Shown: in pieces, positions 47,043 to 57,299 of the stretch
Numbering within the stretch: position 1 is the first letter of the stretch
Layout of the letters: the number at the start of each line of letters is the position of its first letter
Virus record (IMG/VR): IMGVR_UViG_3300033171_000001
Span: 1 to 64,000 of that record
Direction: 5' to 3' (one strand)
Length of the DNA stretch: 64,000 bases
From: a virus
Taxonomy: Duplodnaviria > Caudoviricetes
Program-made: the position numbers and the translations under genes
The notes under the pieces: model-generated
Databases searched by the model: none
Seen by the model: the letters and a program-made list of their open reading frames with translations, nothing else
What the model was told of the DNA's origin: nothing

Positions 47043-47684
47043 ATGCCTTCCAACGTTATTTTATCTTCCGAGATCATCCAACAAAAGAACGATTTAGGCT
47101 CAACAGATTCGTTTCTCGTCCTCCTTGAGATTACCATTCCGGACGTAACCGAACCTATTAGAGTTGTTTCAAATACAGAAGATATAACTTGGAATGGTCA
47201 TTCTTGGATTGCCTTCCCTTTCGAGATGGAAGAAATTTCTGAGCAGTCGCAAGGGGAAATTCCTAGAGTTGAGTTAAGAATCCCCAATGTAGATAGAACC
47301 GTTGAAGGTTATCTACAGGAATATGATGCTTATGTCAAGAGAAATGGTCCTGCTGATATAACTGTTGGGATATATGTGGTGTCTACTGCAACCCTAGATG
47401 ACCCTACTCCGGTTGTTTACCATGAATACATTCTGGTTCAACCAACCTCTACTCACGATTATATCACCTTCACTCTTGGTGCGCCTAATCCATATAGAAA
47501 GAGATTTCCTTTAAATAGAATATTGAAGAACAACTGTAGATATAAGTTCAAACAGGAAAGATGTGGATATACGGGAACGGCAACTTCTTGTAACAAAACT
47601 CTAGTTAGATGTAGGGAACTAAACAACTCTACTCGATATGGCGGGTTCCCCGGTGTTGGTCGAGGAGGGTTATCCCTTGTATAA
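47043..47684 (+). CDS. minor tail protein (lambda gpL-like)
   Basis: WIAFPFE; C-terminal CRYKF..CGY..CNKT..C...RYGGFPG Cys cluster. Confidence 0.8.
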   Translation: MPSNVILSSEIIQQKNDLGSTDSFLVLLEITIPDVTEPIRVVSNTEDITWNGHSWIAFPFEMEEISEQSQGEIPRVELRIPNVDRTVEGYLQEYDAYVKRNGPADITVGIYVVSTATLDDPTPVVYHEYILVQPTSTHDYITFTLGAPNPYRKRFPLNRILKNNCRYKFKQERCGYTGTATSCNKTLVRCRELNNSTRYGGFPGVGRGGLSLV

Positions 47685-48117
47685 AGGTAAACACAAACTC
47701 GTTGAATACGTGTCCAAAGCGATGAGAACTCCTTTTGTTGATAGAGGAAGGGAATTGGGAAAGGGTTTTGATTGTTGGGGGCTTGTCCATTCAATTTCTA
47801 ATGAAGTGTTTGGAAATGCTATACCTGATTTCACAATTGGTTCTGAAGATAAGAATAGAATATATATGCAGTTTCTTGAACGGACCAAAGAAGAGTTTTA
47901 CAGAATAGAAGAGTCCCGAATAAGAGAGGGAGATTTGGTTGCGATAAACATGATACTCTCTGCCCCGAATTTAGTACAACACTTTGGTATATTTATAAAC
48001 AAGAACACATTCATTCACACCCTTAAAAAAGCCGGACCTCAACTAACAAAGATAACTGACATTTCCTACAAAAATAGAATAAGGGGATACTACAGGTGGA
48101 ACGGAAACAAAATCTAG
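47638..48117 (+). CDS. NlpC/P60 tail assembly protein (gpK-like)
   Basis: GRELGKGFDCWGL; QHFGIF; FIH. Confidence 0.8.
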   Translation: MAGSPVLVEEGYPLYKGKHKLVEYVSKAMRTPFVDRGRELGKGFDCWGLVHSISNEVFGNAIPDFTIGSEDKNRIYMQFLERTKEEFYRIEESRIREGDLVAINMILSAPNLVQHFGIFINKNTFIHTLKKAGPQLTKITDISYKNRIRGYYRWNGNKI

Positions 48118-51100
48118 ATACAGTTAAAGATAGTTCAAGTGCAAGAAACAAAGTCAAAGTTACTTGCATTGAGAATATATTTGATCCCCACAATAGCCAA
48201 AAGATAAAGGAGTTTGAACCAGGAAAGTCTATTGGTGAATTGGTTTGGAATTTCAATCCTGTTCTGCCTTCAGAAATGGAAATTGTTGTTTCTGTTGATG
48301 GTGTTGTTTTAGAATCAGATTGTGATGTAAAAACAGTTGTGCCAAAGAAGGGTTCATCTGTTGTATTTTCTGTTGTGCCTAAAGGCGGCGGTGGTGGAGG
48401 AAAGAACCCTCTAGCGATGGTTGCTATGCTTGCCGTTAGTATTATTGCCCCACAATTTGCTCCTGCTTGGGGCGCTACCTTCAGCACGCTTTATAGCACT
48501 ATGGGGGTAGGTCTTCCGGCGGCATATACATTAGCTAATGTGATTACGGCTGCCGCGCCGATGATGCTTACCGCAGTAGGAGGTTTGCTAGTTAATTCTA
48601 TATTTGGTGGCGCATCTTTACCTGATGCGGGTGGCCCCTCAATGGAAAATATATCCTCCACACCAACTTACGGATGGGAACGCGATCCCAACCCACAAGA
48701 ACAAGGTATAGTTGTTCCTGTATTATACGGTAGACATAGGGTAACCCCGCCTATTATTAACTCCTTCATTACAAACAAAGATAATAATCAAATTTATAAT
48801 GCTCTTTATTGTGTAGCCGATCATCCTGTTGATTTTATCGGCAACGAATATATCAATGATAATCCTATTTATAATTACAATGAAGTAACTGTTTCAAAAC
48901 GGTATGGTGGATTAAATCAAGGAATCATTCCTGCCTTTTCAGATGTTATATCAGATAAGGCCGTTGGATTTAAATTAACTACTGATTGGTCGCAAACTGA
49001 AACTTCTGGAAATGCTGTAGAGGGACTAGGTGTTGGTATTGTTATCCCTGGATTATACTACGCCAATAATAGGGGAGGGCTTGATGCGCAAACAGTAACT
49101 TTAAACATCCAGTATAGGAAAAAAGATACCGTTGAATGGTTTTCCTTTAAAGAACCAAGGGACACTTATACTGAACGGATATTGAACAAAGCAAGATGGT
49201 CGGCTGGATATTACTACGAAGATAAGTGGGTTGAATTAGAGGCGGGGAGTACCGATGTTGATGAGCATGTAGAGGGGGAAAGGTATACTTCCGAGATAGG
49301 AATTAGTTATTGGCGGTATATCTCATATGTAAAAATAGTAAAGGGTAAACTAACCTCCGAATCACAACTAAAAGTTTATATAAAAACTTCTGCTATTACG
49401 GACGCATTGACTATAACCGGGGCTACCCAAGAAGAAATACGTAGAAATTTCGTCGTATATAATATTCCTGCTGGACAATACGAAGTTCGGGCTAGGCTTG
49501 CGGAGGAGTTGGAAACAGGGACGCGGTATAGAAACGATACGTATTTTTCAACCATACAAGAAATAATCTATGATGACTTCACCTATCCTGGTACTTCATT
49601 ATTTGGTTTAGAAGCCCTTGCTACAGATCAGCTTCAAGGCTCCGCTCCCACTGTTACCCTAGAAGTTGAGCGTACTTATGTTGATGTTTGGACCGGAAGT
49701 GAATATGAACAAAAGCCCGCAAATAACCCTGCGTGGGCTTGTTATGATATTCTCCATAATCCTATTTACGGAGCGGGAGAACCGGCCTCTAGATTTATAT
49801 TAGAGGATTTTGAGGAATGGGCCGATTATTGCGAAGAACAAGGATATTTTGTTAATATTTATATGGATGCAGCATCTAATACTCGTAGTATTCTTGATAC
49901 TATTTCTTTGCTTGGAAACGGTGCTGTAGTTCACAAGGGGGCTAAGTATGGCATAATTATTGATAAGGCCGAGCCTATTGCGGTTCAGCATTTCATGTAC
50001 ACCAAGGGGAATATGATCGAGAACACGTATTCCAACTCTTTTATTGACACAACTGAGAGAGCCAATGCTATTGAAGTTACTTATTTTGATAAAAATCTAC
50101 AATATTCTAGGCAGATAATTGAGATTTATCAAGATGGTTACGACACGGAACAAACTACCATCAATAAGACCAGCGTAACGCTTCTTGGTTGTACTGATAG
50201 AAACCAGGCAATCATGTTTGGTAAGCAATCTCTTCTTAGAAATAGATACTTAACGCAAACTATTTCTTTTGAAGCCGGAGTTGATTCTATAGCTTGTTTT
50301 CCTGGTCAGGTTATTGAGGTCTCACATGATGTTCCGCAGTGGGGACTTTCTTCAGGAAGGCTATTAGGTAGTGAAACCAATACTGCTGTTCTCCCTGAAG
50401 AAGTAACTATGATTCCCGGTGAGTCTTACGCTATTCAGGTAAAGAAAAACGTAGATGACACAGTAGAGACAAAAGAAGTAATTCCGGTGAGTGTTGAGAC
50501 TACTACGGATACTTTAAACTTAGTATCTGCGTGGGATGTACAACCGGAAAAGAATGATCTGTACGCCTTTGGTAAACTACATAATATAACAAAAAAATTC
50601 AGGGTTCTGTCTATAACCAGAGCCAACGATACTTTACAAAGAAAGATAACCGCTATCGAATATATTCCAGAAATTTATAGCGGAGCTTTAGAACACCTTG
50701 ATGAGATTATATTAGGGGAATCCAGTTTTGTAAATGATCTTCAAGCAAGAGAAGCATGGGTGTTTGCTAATGATGGAACAGGTAAGTCGGTAATTGATAT
50801 AACGTGGGCAGGCAAGTCTTTCTCTTGGAATGTGTTTTTAAAGAAAAACACTACTCCCTGGGAAGTTGTTGGTACTTCTAACAAACCGTCCTTTAGAATT
50901 GATAGATCGTTTGTTGTAGGGGAAACATACCAAATATCTGTTAGTCCGTATAATTCTCCTGATTTAGATAAAACAAAAAGCATAACTATATTGGGAAAGG
51001 ACGCCCCCCCTTCTAACGTATCTAATTTCAATACGGCAATAAAAGGTGTGCAGTTTATACTAACATGGGATCACATTCCAGACATAGACTTATTAGATTA

Positions 51101-52055
51101 TACAATTGTTGAAGGCATAGATTATAATAGAGGAAACATAATTGCATCTGGTATAACTGAAAATGAATTTAGATGGTCTCCTTCTGTATCTGGTACATAT
51201 ACCTTTTGGATTAAAGCACGGGATAGAACCTTTAACGAAAGTCTGTCGGCAACATCTACGACTGGAACTCTTGATTTGGGAGATTCTTTAAATGTTATTG
51301 TTCAAAGGGAAGAAATACCGGATAACGTAGCAACGGCAGACTTATACAATCTTTGGTATGACTCTGTAAATGAAGTTGTTTCATGGGTTCCTTGTTTAAC
51401 TTTTGATGAACTATCGTCGTTGACGTTTGAAGATGAACCAATAGTTAGTTATCTTGCATTTGATTTTAATAATGGAACTTACACAACAGATAGCATAGAT
51501 TTAGGAGTAGTTAATCCTTTTACGCTCAGAATTAGAGTTGAAAAAGATGCTATTCTGATTGACCCCTCGTTTGATGATTTTATTTACGGACGAACTTTTA
51601 GAACATTTCCATTGGATACGTTTGCGAATGTATCCTCACTTGCGAAATATAAAGTGTGGTATAGATACTCGGATGACAATAGCGTTTATTCAGATTGGAT
51701 TGAATATACAAATATAGTTAATCTAAATACGCGGTACATACAAGTAAAAGCAGAGACAGATATTAGTATCAAATCAACAAACTTTGATTTTACGTCGATA
51801 CAAACAATACTGGATGTTGACGATAAGATTAAAAAAGTGTATAATCAGACAATATCCAGTACCGGGACAGAGTTTTTATTAAGTTCTATTCCTATTACTA
51901 TTTTAAATTCATACAATGTAGGTGTTACGGTCTTAGGCAGCGGAGTTGCTTCTCATACGGTAGATATTCAATCAGATAGATTTACGGTATATATTTACGA
52001 TGCTGCTGGTAATGGAATAGAAAGAACGGTAAATTTAGAAATATCAGGTTTTTAA
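48096..52055 (+). CDS. central tail tip/host-specificity protein (gpI-gpJ-like fusion)
   Basis: GGGGGKNP, VPVLYG, YPGTS, NPAW, FN3-like PPSNVSNF. Confidence 0.9.
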   Translation: MERKQNLDTVKDSSSARNKVKVTCIENIFDPHNSQKIKEFEPGKSIGELVWNFNPVLPSEMEIVVSVDGVVLESDCDVKTVVPKKGSSVVFSVVPKGGGGGGKNPLAMVAMLAVSIIAPQFAPAWGATFSTLYSTMGVGLPAAYTLANVITAAAPMMLTAVGGLLVNSIFGGASLPDAGGPSMENISSTPTYGWERDPNPQEQGIVVPVLYGRHRVTPPIINSFITNKDNNQIYNALYCVADHPVDFIGNEYINDNPIYNYNEVTVSKRYGGLNQGIIPAFSDVISDKAVGFKLTTDWSQTETSGNAVEGLGVGIVIPGLYYANNRGGLDAQTVTLNIQYRKKDTVEWFSFKEPRDTYTERILNKARWSAGYYYEDKWVELEAGSTDVDEHVEGERYTSEIGISYWRYISYVKIVKGKLTSESQLKVYIKTSAITDALTITGATQEEIRRNFVVYNIPAGQYEVRARLAEELETGTRYRNDTYFSTIQEIIYDDFTYPGTSLFGLEALATDQLQGSAPTVTLEVERTYVDVWTGSEYEQKPANNPAWACYDILHNPIYGAGEPASRFILEDFEEWADYCEEQGYFVNIYMDAASNTRSILDTISLLGNGAVVHKGAKYGIIIDKAEPIAVQHFMYTKGNMIENTYSNSFIDTTERANAIEVTYFDKNLQYSRQIIEIYQDGYDTEQTTINKTSVTLLGCTDRNQAIMFGKQSLLRNRYLTQTISFEAGVDSIACFPGQVIEVSHDVPQWGLSSGRLLGSETNTAVLPEEVTMIPGESYAIQVKKNVDDTVETKEVIPVSVETTTDTLNLVSAWDVQPEKNDLYAFGKLHNITKKFRVLSITRANDTLQRKITAIEYIPEIYSGALEHLDEIILGESSFVNDLQAREAWVFANDGTGKSVIDITWAGKSFSWNVFLKKNTTPWEVVGTSNKPSFRIDRSFVVGETYQISVSPYNSPDLDKTKSITILGKDAPPSNVSNFNTAIKGVQFILTWDHIPDIDLLDYTIVEGIDYNRGNIIASGITENEFRWSPSVSGTYTFWIKARDRTFNESLSATSTTGTLDLGDSLNVIVQREEIPDNVATADLYNLWYDSVNEVVSWVPCLTFDELSSLTFEDEPIVSYLAFDFNNGTYTTDSIDLGVVNPFTLRIRVEKDAILIDPSFDDFIYGRTFRTFPLDTFANVSSLAKYKVWYRYSDDNSVYSDWIEYTNIVNLNTRYIQVKAETDISIKSTNFDFTSIQTILDVDDKIKKVYNQTISSTGTEFLLSSIPITILNSYNVGVTVLGSGVASHTVDIQSDRFTVYIYDAAGNGIERTVNLEISGF

Positions 52056-52071
52056 CGGAGGATTATATAAA

Positions 52072-53310
52072 ATGTCTCAAGTATTTACAGACATTCTGAC
52101 AACCACTACGATGGGAACATTTCCGGGGTTGTTAAATGCAAACATGGACGCCATACGCTCTCAGTGGAGTGGTACATCGGCCCCAGGGAATCCGGTTATC
52201 GGGCAACCTTTTTATAATACAACAAACGACGCCATAACTGTTTGGGATGGAACATCGTGGAATGATATTGCATCAACGTCCCCGTCTCTATTGGCATTAA
52301 CTGCTGAAATTGTTGCTGCCAGAGGAAGTGCCGCCACTCTTAACGCTAGGCTTAGTGTTGCTTTAAATGATGACGGCACGTTGAAGGGGGACGCCCCTGT
52401 TGGTGATTGGTGGATGACAGAGGCAGATGCGGTTTCTTTTGTTGATGCCGCTTCTTTTACTGTTGAAGGAGATAAGACTGCCATTTATTTAGCAGATAGA
52501 GCCGTTTGGTTAGATCAAACAACCAATGCGTATGGTTATGTCGTGTCGTCTTCGTATAACGCGGGGTCGGACTTAACGACTGTGGTTGTTTCTGATGTTA
52601 CGGTAGATAGTGGGTTAACTGCTGTTGAATATGGGCAACCTCCCTTATCAGCTCCTAATAGACTTAAAGAAGAAGATATCGGCGTGACTGTACAGCCTTA
52701 TGGTGCTGATACAGTTGTTGCTCCGGGAGGCGTTCTCCCCACCTTGGACGGATCACAGTTGACCGGCCTTGACGCAGACGCAACTGTTTACGACAACACC
52801 ACTAGCGGACTGATAGCGACCGACGTACAAGCTGCCATAGATGAAGTCGCGGGGGGCAGCGGGAGTAACGTCGTGCAGCAAAAGTTCATCGTTGACAACA
52901 CGAAAGCGTCCACCTCTTCGGATGCGTATGTGTCAACCGGAGTGACTTTTTCGCTCGACAATGATCTTTCTAACGCGGCAAACAAAGTTCGCATTCGTGT
53001 TTTTGCACACGGTGGGGGGGACTCGGTCAACATCCGACAAGAGGTTTCAATCTACGACGGGTCTGCGTATCTACACGGCGTGGAAACTTGTCTGGCAAGT
53101 GCCTTTATCGGAGGATCCTCCAGTACGGGTGCGCAACGCGGATTATTTACGGCAACCATGGTTGCGGAAGATATTCCGGGAACGGTGACGCCTAAAACTT
53201 ATGATATACATCATAAGTCCCCTGTCTCTGGTACTGTGACTTTCGGACGCAATCATAACAACGATGCCACGGCCCCGACAGTAATAATCATCGAGGAGAT
53301 TGCAGTATGA
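52072..53310 (+). CDS. tail fibre
   Basis: Position; EIVAARG linker; DIGVTVQPY; beta-rich C-terminus. Confidence 0.75.
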   Translation: MSQVFTDILTTTTMGTFPGLLNANMDAIRSQWSGTSAPGNPVIGQPFYNTTNDAITVWDGTSWNDIASTSPSLLALTAEIVAARGSAATLNARLSVALNDDGTLKGDAPVGDWWMTEADAVSFVDAASFTVEGDKTAIYLADRAVWLDQTTNAYGYVVSSSYNAGSDLTTVVVSDVTVDSGLTAVEYGQPPLSAPNRLKEEDIGVTVQPYGADTVVAPGGVLPTLDGSQLTGLDADATVYDNTTSGLIATDVQAAIDEVAGGSGSNVVQQKFIVDNTKASTSSDAYVSTGVTFSLDNDLSNAANKVRIRVFAHGGGDSVNIRQEVSIYDGSAYLHGVETCLASAFIGGSSSTGAQRGLFTATMVAEDIPGTVTPKTYDIHHKSPVSGTVTFGRNHNNDATAPTVIIIEEIAV

Positions 53311-53654
53311 CAATAGAATGGGCACTACAACAACTGACCCCTGGCGCGGCGTGGTCTATCATCGATGATCAACTGGTTTGGCATGATAAAAACATACCGC
53401 AGCCCACTCAGGCCGAAATTGACTCAAAGGTTTCAGAGTACGACACCATCATACAAAAAGAATCGGTCCGCGCCGAACGTGACCGGCGTATCGAGGCAAT
53501 CATGTGGCGCGTCGAGAGGTATGAATCCGAGGTACGGCAGGGCATTACACCAATGGATGATATTGCGGCTCTTGATGCCTACATACAAGCTCTTCGGGAC
53601 GTGCCGTTACAAGAAGGTTTCCCCGAAGAGGTATTCTGGCCGATAGAACCTTAA
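53307..53654 (+). CDS. tail fibre assembly chaperone
   Basis: VRAERDRRI..YIQALRDVPLQEGFP..WP. Confidence 0.8.
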   Translation: MTIEWALQQLTPGAAWSIIDDQLVWHDKNIPQPTQAEIDSKVSEYDTIIQKESVRAERDRRIEAIMWRVERYESEVRQGITPMDDIAALDAYIQALRDVPLQEGFPEEVFWPIEP

Positions 53655-53667
53655 TAGGAACTGTATT

Positions 53668-53970
53668 GTGTCTAATAAAGTATTAAATAAAGTAATAGAA
53701 ACATTATCCAAAATGTTTAAAGACGATTTAGGTAAACTATCGCAGATGCGTATTTTAAGCGCGTTTGCGATAGTGGTTCCTATCTTAGTCTGGACCGTTT
53801 ATGTATTTGTAAATGGGTGGCAAGATTTTAACGAATCCTTTGCATTCCTTATTTTAGGTGCTTTAGGTAGTAAGGCCGCACAAAAATGGGCAGAAAGTAA
53901 GAATAGTAGTACGAAATCCAATACCGAAGTTCCCCCTGAACTTAATGCCCCATCTGATAAAAAGGAATAA
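53668..53970 (+). CDS. holin-like protein
   Basis: Two TM segments, start of the lysis cassette. Confidence 0.55.
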   Translation: MSNKVLNKVIETLSKMFKDDLGKLSQMRILSAFAIVVPILVWTVYVFVNGWQDFNESFAFLILGALGSKAAQKWAESKNSSTKSNTEVPPELNAPSDKKE

Positions 53971-53975
53971 TATTT

Positions 53976-54395
53976 ATGTTTATTTTTTCAGCGTTCCTTT
54001 CATTTTTTGGGGGCAAGAAGCAAGGTGTAATTGTTATTCTACTAGGGATTGTTATTGCTTCCCTAGGCGTTCTCTATATGTGGGAAAAGACTTCTCATAG
54101 TAATACGAAAGTAGAACTTGCTAACAAAGTATCAGAACTATCTACTATAAAAAATATGAATAAACAACTAGAACAGGATCAGGAAACAAAACAACTTGTT
54201 ATTGATGGACTACAAAACCAAGTTGTTTCATATAAAAAAGACTTTGAAGAATATAGAAAGCAATATGATAAAATGCTTGAGATTTGCGAGAATACAAAAG
54301 AGATAGATAAAGAAGATTCTAAACTGAAAGTATTAGATGAGAAGTCAAATGAAGAATATGTTAAAGCAATCAATTCTGTTCTTGGTTTTAACTAG
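53976..54395 (+). CDS. i-spanin (Rz-like)
   Basis: N-terminal TM then coiled coil. Confidence 0.7.
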   Translation: MFIFSAFLSFFGGKKQGVIVILLGIVIASLGVLYMWEKTSHSNTKVELANKVSELSTIKNMNKQLEQDQETKQLVIDGLQNQVVSYKKDFEEYRKQYDKMLEICENTKEIDKEDSKLKVLDEKSNEEYVKAINSVLGFN

Positions 54396-54666
54396 CCTAC
54401 TCTTTATTAATGGGTGTTGGCCTAAAATAGTAGAACACACTATTACAGTAACTAGAGTTCCGGAACGAGTTGAGCCGCCCACTGATCCCAAGTATATCGA
54501 GTTGCCAGAAGATTCTCATTTAGGTTCAAAGAAATCTGCAATGATTATATGGAAGAATTTTCTTGAAGCGGAGAGGGCAAGAAAAGAAGCAAAAGCCGCC
54601 TTCTTTGCATATGATTCTCAAGTTAAAAAATTGATAGAAAAGGAAAATCATAACGATGAAAACTAA
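54337..54666 (+). CDS. o-spanin lipoprotein (Rz1-like)
   Basis: Lipobox LFINGC, Pro-rich, overlaps the i-spanin end. Confidence 0.7.
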   Translation: MRSQMKNMLKQSILFLVLTSLLFINGCWPKIVEHTITVTRVPERVEPPTDPKYIELPEDSHLGSKKSAMIIWKNFLEAERARKEAKAAFFAYDSQVKKLIEKENHNDEN

Positions 54667-55084
54667 ACATTTCAATATAAAAGAATTAGTTAATCCGAAT
54701 ATTTATAAAAGATATGGGAACTCCTCGTGGAAATTCCTCAATCCTCTTATTTTGAACGTTATTGACACACTTAGGGAAGGTATGGGTTCTCCGATTATTA
54801 TCAATAATTGGCAATGGGGCGGCAATTATCAGGATAGTGGTATGCGAGAAGTAGATTCTTCCATAGGAGCATTATATTCTATGCACAAGTTTGGTTGTGC
54901 GATGGATTTAAAATTCCCCGATTCCTCTGTTGATGTAGTTTACGATTACATTCTTGATAATGAAGAATATTGGTATAGTATTGGTGTTAGGCGTTTGGAA
55001 AATATCAAACATACACCTACTTGGTTGCATATAGATTGCGCTAATACTCATATAGAAAACAAAATCCACATATTCAATGTTTAA
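54656..55084 (+). CDS. endolysin, peptidase M15 family
   Basis: GMR, SMHKFGCAMD, WLHID. Confidence 0.85.
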   Translation: MKTKHFNIKELVNPNIYKRYGNSSWKFLNPLILNVIDTLREGMGSPIIINNWQWGGNYQDSGMREVDSSIGALYSMHKFGCAMDLKFPDSSVDVVYDYILDNEEYWYSIGVRRLENIKHTPTWLHIDCANTHIENKIHIFNV

Positions 55085-55301
55085 CAGATGTGGTAAAGGT
55101 AGGTGCGACATGGACCCTTTTGATATGTTAAAGGATAGTTTTGATAAACTATCTGAAAAGGTTTATACGTTGGTTGAAGATATTTCGGGAATAAAAGCGC
55201 AGCAAAAAATAATGTGGGCAGTGCTGATGCTTTTTATATCTGGGTCCGTTGGAACCTTTTTCTTCATCATTCATACGTTGATAAAGACTCACATGGGGTA
55301 G
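55077..55301 (+). CDS. coiled-coil + TM protein (holin/antiholin-like)
   Basis: C-terminal TM, within the lysis cassette. Confidence 0.5.
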   Translation: MFNRCGKGRCDMDPFDMLKDSFDKLSEKVYTLVEDISGIKAQQKIMWAVLMLFISGSVGTFFFIIHTLIKTHMG

Positions 55302-55306
55302 TTTAT

Positions 55307-56002
55307 ATGTTCGGCATATTCATTGACACAAAAAATAATTTGAAAAAGACCGCTGTTGAAATTGAAGAGGTAAGGCGTAATTTTGATCTTGCATTTAGTG
55401 AAGCAAAAAAACAGCGAGATGAACTTATAGCAACACAGAGTAGATTAGAGCAGGTCAATGAAGAACTACTTCATGTAAATGAGATTCTTGCTTCAAATAA
55501 CAAACTTATCGCAGACATGACACACGCTGCCGGTGGGTTAATTTGTAGAAAGGATAGTGAAGGAAGGTTTCTATTTGTAAATGAGTATCAATGTGTTCAT
55601 TTCTTTCGTATGCCTAAAACCTGTATGCCAGATATTTTAGGCAAGACGGATATAGATATAATAAATGAATATATAGAGACTACGGGCAAACAACACTCCT
55701 TTGGAGATATATGTATGTCTTCGGATGAGCATTGTAAAAAACAAAAGAAAAGATGCTTGTATGTTGAATTTGGAAACATAGATGGACAGCTTGTAATTCT
55801 TAAAATGATAAAGACCCCAATATTTAGGCCAGACGGACAAGACGATGGAGTTGTTTGTTTTGGTTGGGATATATCTGCTTTGTGCAACGGACTCATGGAT
55901 GAATTGAACAAAGGAATATCTGAGGGAACGGTTGAGATTATTGATAAGTATGTGTATTGGATTAAAGATGAACATACTTGCAATCTACCTATTATAGTAT
56001 AA
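55307..56002 (+). CDS. coiled-coil + PAS-domain protein
   Basis: KDSEGRFLFVN, DILGKTDIDI, KTPIFRPDG...GVVCFGWDIS. Confidence 0.75.
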   Translation: MFGIFIDTKNNLKKTAVEIEEVRRNFDLAFSEAKKQRDELIATQSRLEQVNEELLHVNEILASNNKLIADMTHAAGGLICRKDSEGRFLFVNEYQCVHFFRMPKTCMPDILGKTDIDIINEYIETTGKQHSFGDICMSSDEHCKKQKKRCLYVEFGNIDGQLVILKMIKTPIFRPDGQDDGVVCFGWDISALCNGLMDELNKGISEGTVEIIDKYVYWIKDEHTCNLPIIV

Positions 56003-56143
56003 CAAAAAAGGTAATCTACGCCTATGTATTTAAACATATCTACAGAAACCGTTAAGATATTCTGTTAAGATATTACTCCTTACAAATACCTGATATGATA
56101 TAATGTTAATAAGAAAAGCAACCACCTAAAATGGAGAAATAAA

Positions 56144-56476
56144 ATGTCTAATTTTACTGTATATAGAGACACAGATGGTACCCTGACCTTTGAGGTTAGA
56201 AATACTGCTGGTTCTTTGATTGATTTATCTACGGCCACCGTAAAGATGGTAATTGGAACTACTGCATATGCGTTTGTGGCAGTAAAGGACGGTGCGGGGC
56301 AAGATGGGACCGGAGATACTAATGCTTCTGTTATTTTTACTAACGACGATGCTATTTGGGGTACGTTGACAGGAGACACCTATACATACCAATTAAATGT
56401 TACCGATGTTGCTTCTAAGGTTACTATCCCGGTAGAAGGGCGACTAACCATCAAGAAGCAGATACCGCAATCCTAA
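56144..56476 (+). CDS. BppU-N-like virion/baseplate domain protein
   Basis: GSLIDLSTATVKM..GDTYTYQLNVTD..EGRLTI. Confidence 0.55.
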   Translation: MSNFTVYRDTDGTLTFEVRNTAGSLIDLSTATVKMVIGTTAYAFVAVKDGAGQDGTGDTNASVIFTNDDAIWGTLTGDTYTYQLNVTDVASKVTIPVEGRLTIKKQIPQS

Positions 56477-56487
56477 TTATTGAACAA

Positions 56488-56524
56488 TAAAAAGCCCCTC
56501 TCAAAAGAAAGGGGCTTTGTTTTT
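56488..56524. terminator. bidirectional intrinsic terminator
   Basis: AAAAGCCCCT-loop-AGGGGCTTTGTTTT at the convergence point. Confidence 0.8.
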
Positions 56525-56660
56525 GGGCGGCTCCGCCGAGGACTTGAACCGCCGCACATCGTCCTTGATGTCTAAAATACAAGGCTCATAGATGCGTTTT
56601 CTACACGCCTTCGGGCTTGCAAACCGTTCAGCGATATGTCCTCACCACCGGGAGCCGCCC
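56525..56660 (-). ncRNA. unknown structured RNA with tRNA-like T loop
   Basis: 10-bp terminal stem GGGCGGCTCC/GGAGCCGCCC, GGTTCAAGTCC, internal hairpins. Confidence 0.6.
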
Positions 56661-56670
56661 CACAATAAAA

Positions 56671-56856
56671 TTATTCGCCTTTAATTTTTGTCGAAACCTT
56701 GTCGATGTCGCATATCATTTCTACAGAGATAACAACGTCATCGGCGCAGTCGGCGGCGTCACGAATATCCACCGCAACGACATGAATCGTGTTAACTTCG
56801 CCTGAGGGACGCTTGCTTTTTACGCAATAGATTTGACCTTTTTCCATCTTTCTCAC
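56671..56856 (-). CDS. hypothetical protein
   Basis: 61 aa, RBS. Confidence 0.55.
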   Translation of the reverse strand: MRKMEKGQIYCVKSKRPSGEVNTIHVVAVDIRDAADCADDVVISVEMICDIDKVSTKIKGE

Positions 56857-56867
56857 CTCATGTTTCC

Positions 56868-57299
56868 CTATTTGTCATCATTCTGGCCGGTGGCCGCTTG
56901 CATCTGCCGATAGTAGTCCATGGCAACGGACTCATCGGCGTAGAATGACCGCAAGTTGGTGTGGAGCATTGCAGCCGCCTTCCTGAGGAATCCGCACTTC
57001 TTCTTGTCGGTGTTGAAGGCGGTGGCCCCGCCTGGCGCGGTCGCACTGGTGGACAGGATGACCACCTGATCGTAGCCGTACTTTTCGGCAATGCGCTTGG
57101 CCTCGGAGATGGGGATTTCTTGCGCCAGCTCCTTTTCTAGGGCGACTCGGTTAGTTGTCTTCATATCGTCAAACGGACTGTACTCCTCGTAGCCATACCG
57201 CAGTATTTTTCCGATTGCCTGTTGAGCTTCGCCAAGCTCTTCAAGCATCAGGGCCAGTCTCTCATGTTCAGCTGGTGTCGGTTGATTAAAACCACTCAT
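56868..57299 (-). CDS. MazG-like N-terminus fused to an unrelated domain
   Basis: LLEELGEAQQAIGKILRYG-like motif (LMLEELGEAQQAIGKILRYG), then an abrupt change. Confidence 0.5.
   Translation of the reverse strand: MSGFNQPTPAEHERLALMLEELGEAQQAIGKILRYGYEEYSPFDDMKTTNRVALEKELAQEIPISEAKRIAEKYGYDQVVILSTSATAPGGATAFNTDKKKCGFLRKAAAMLHTNLRSFYADESVAMDYYRQMQAATGQNDDK

Noticed and set aside
56525-56660. tmRNA, tRNA-Sec or Y RNA
   Set aside because: No tag ORF or G3:U70 pair; no UCA anticodon or 6-bp D stem; arm order is not the permuted YrlA order
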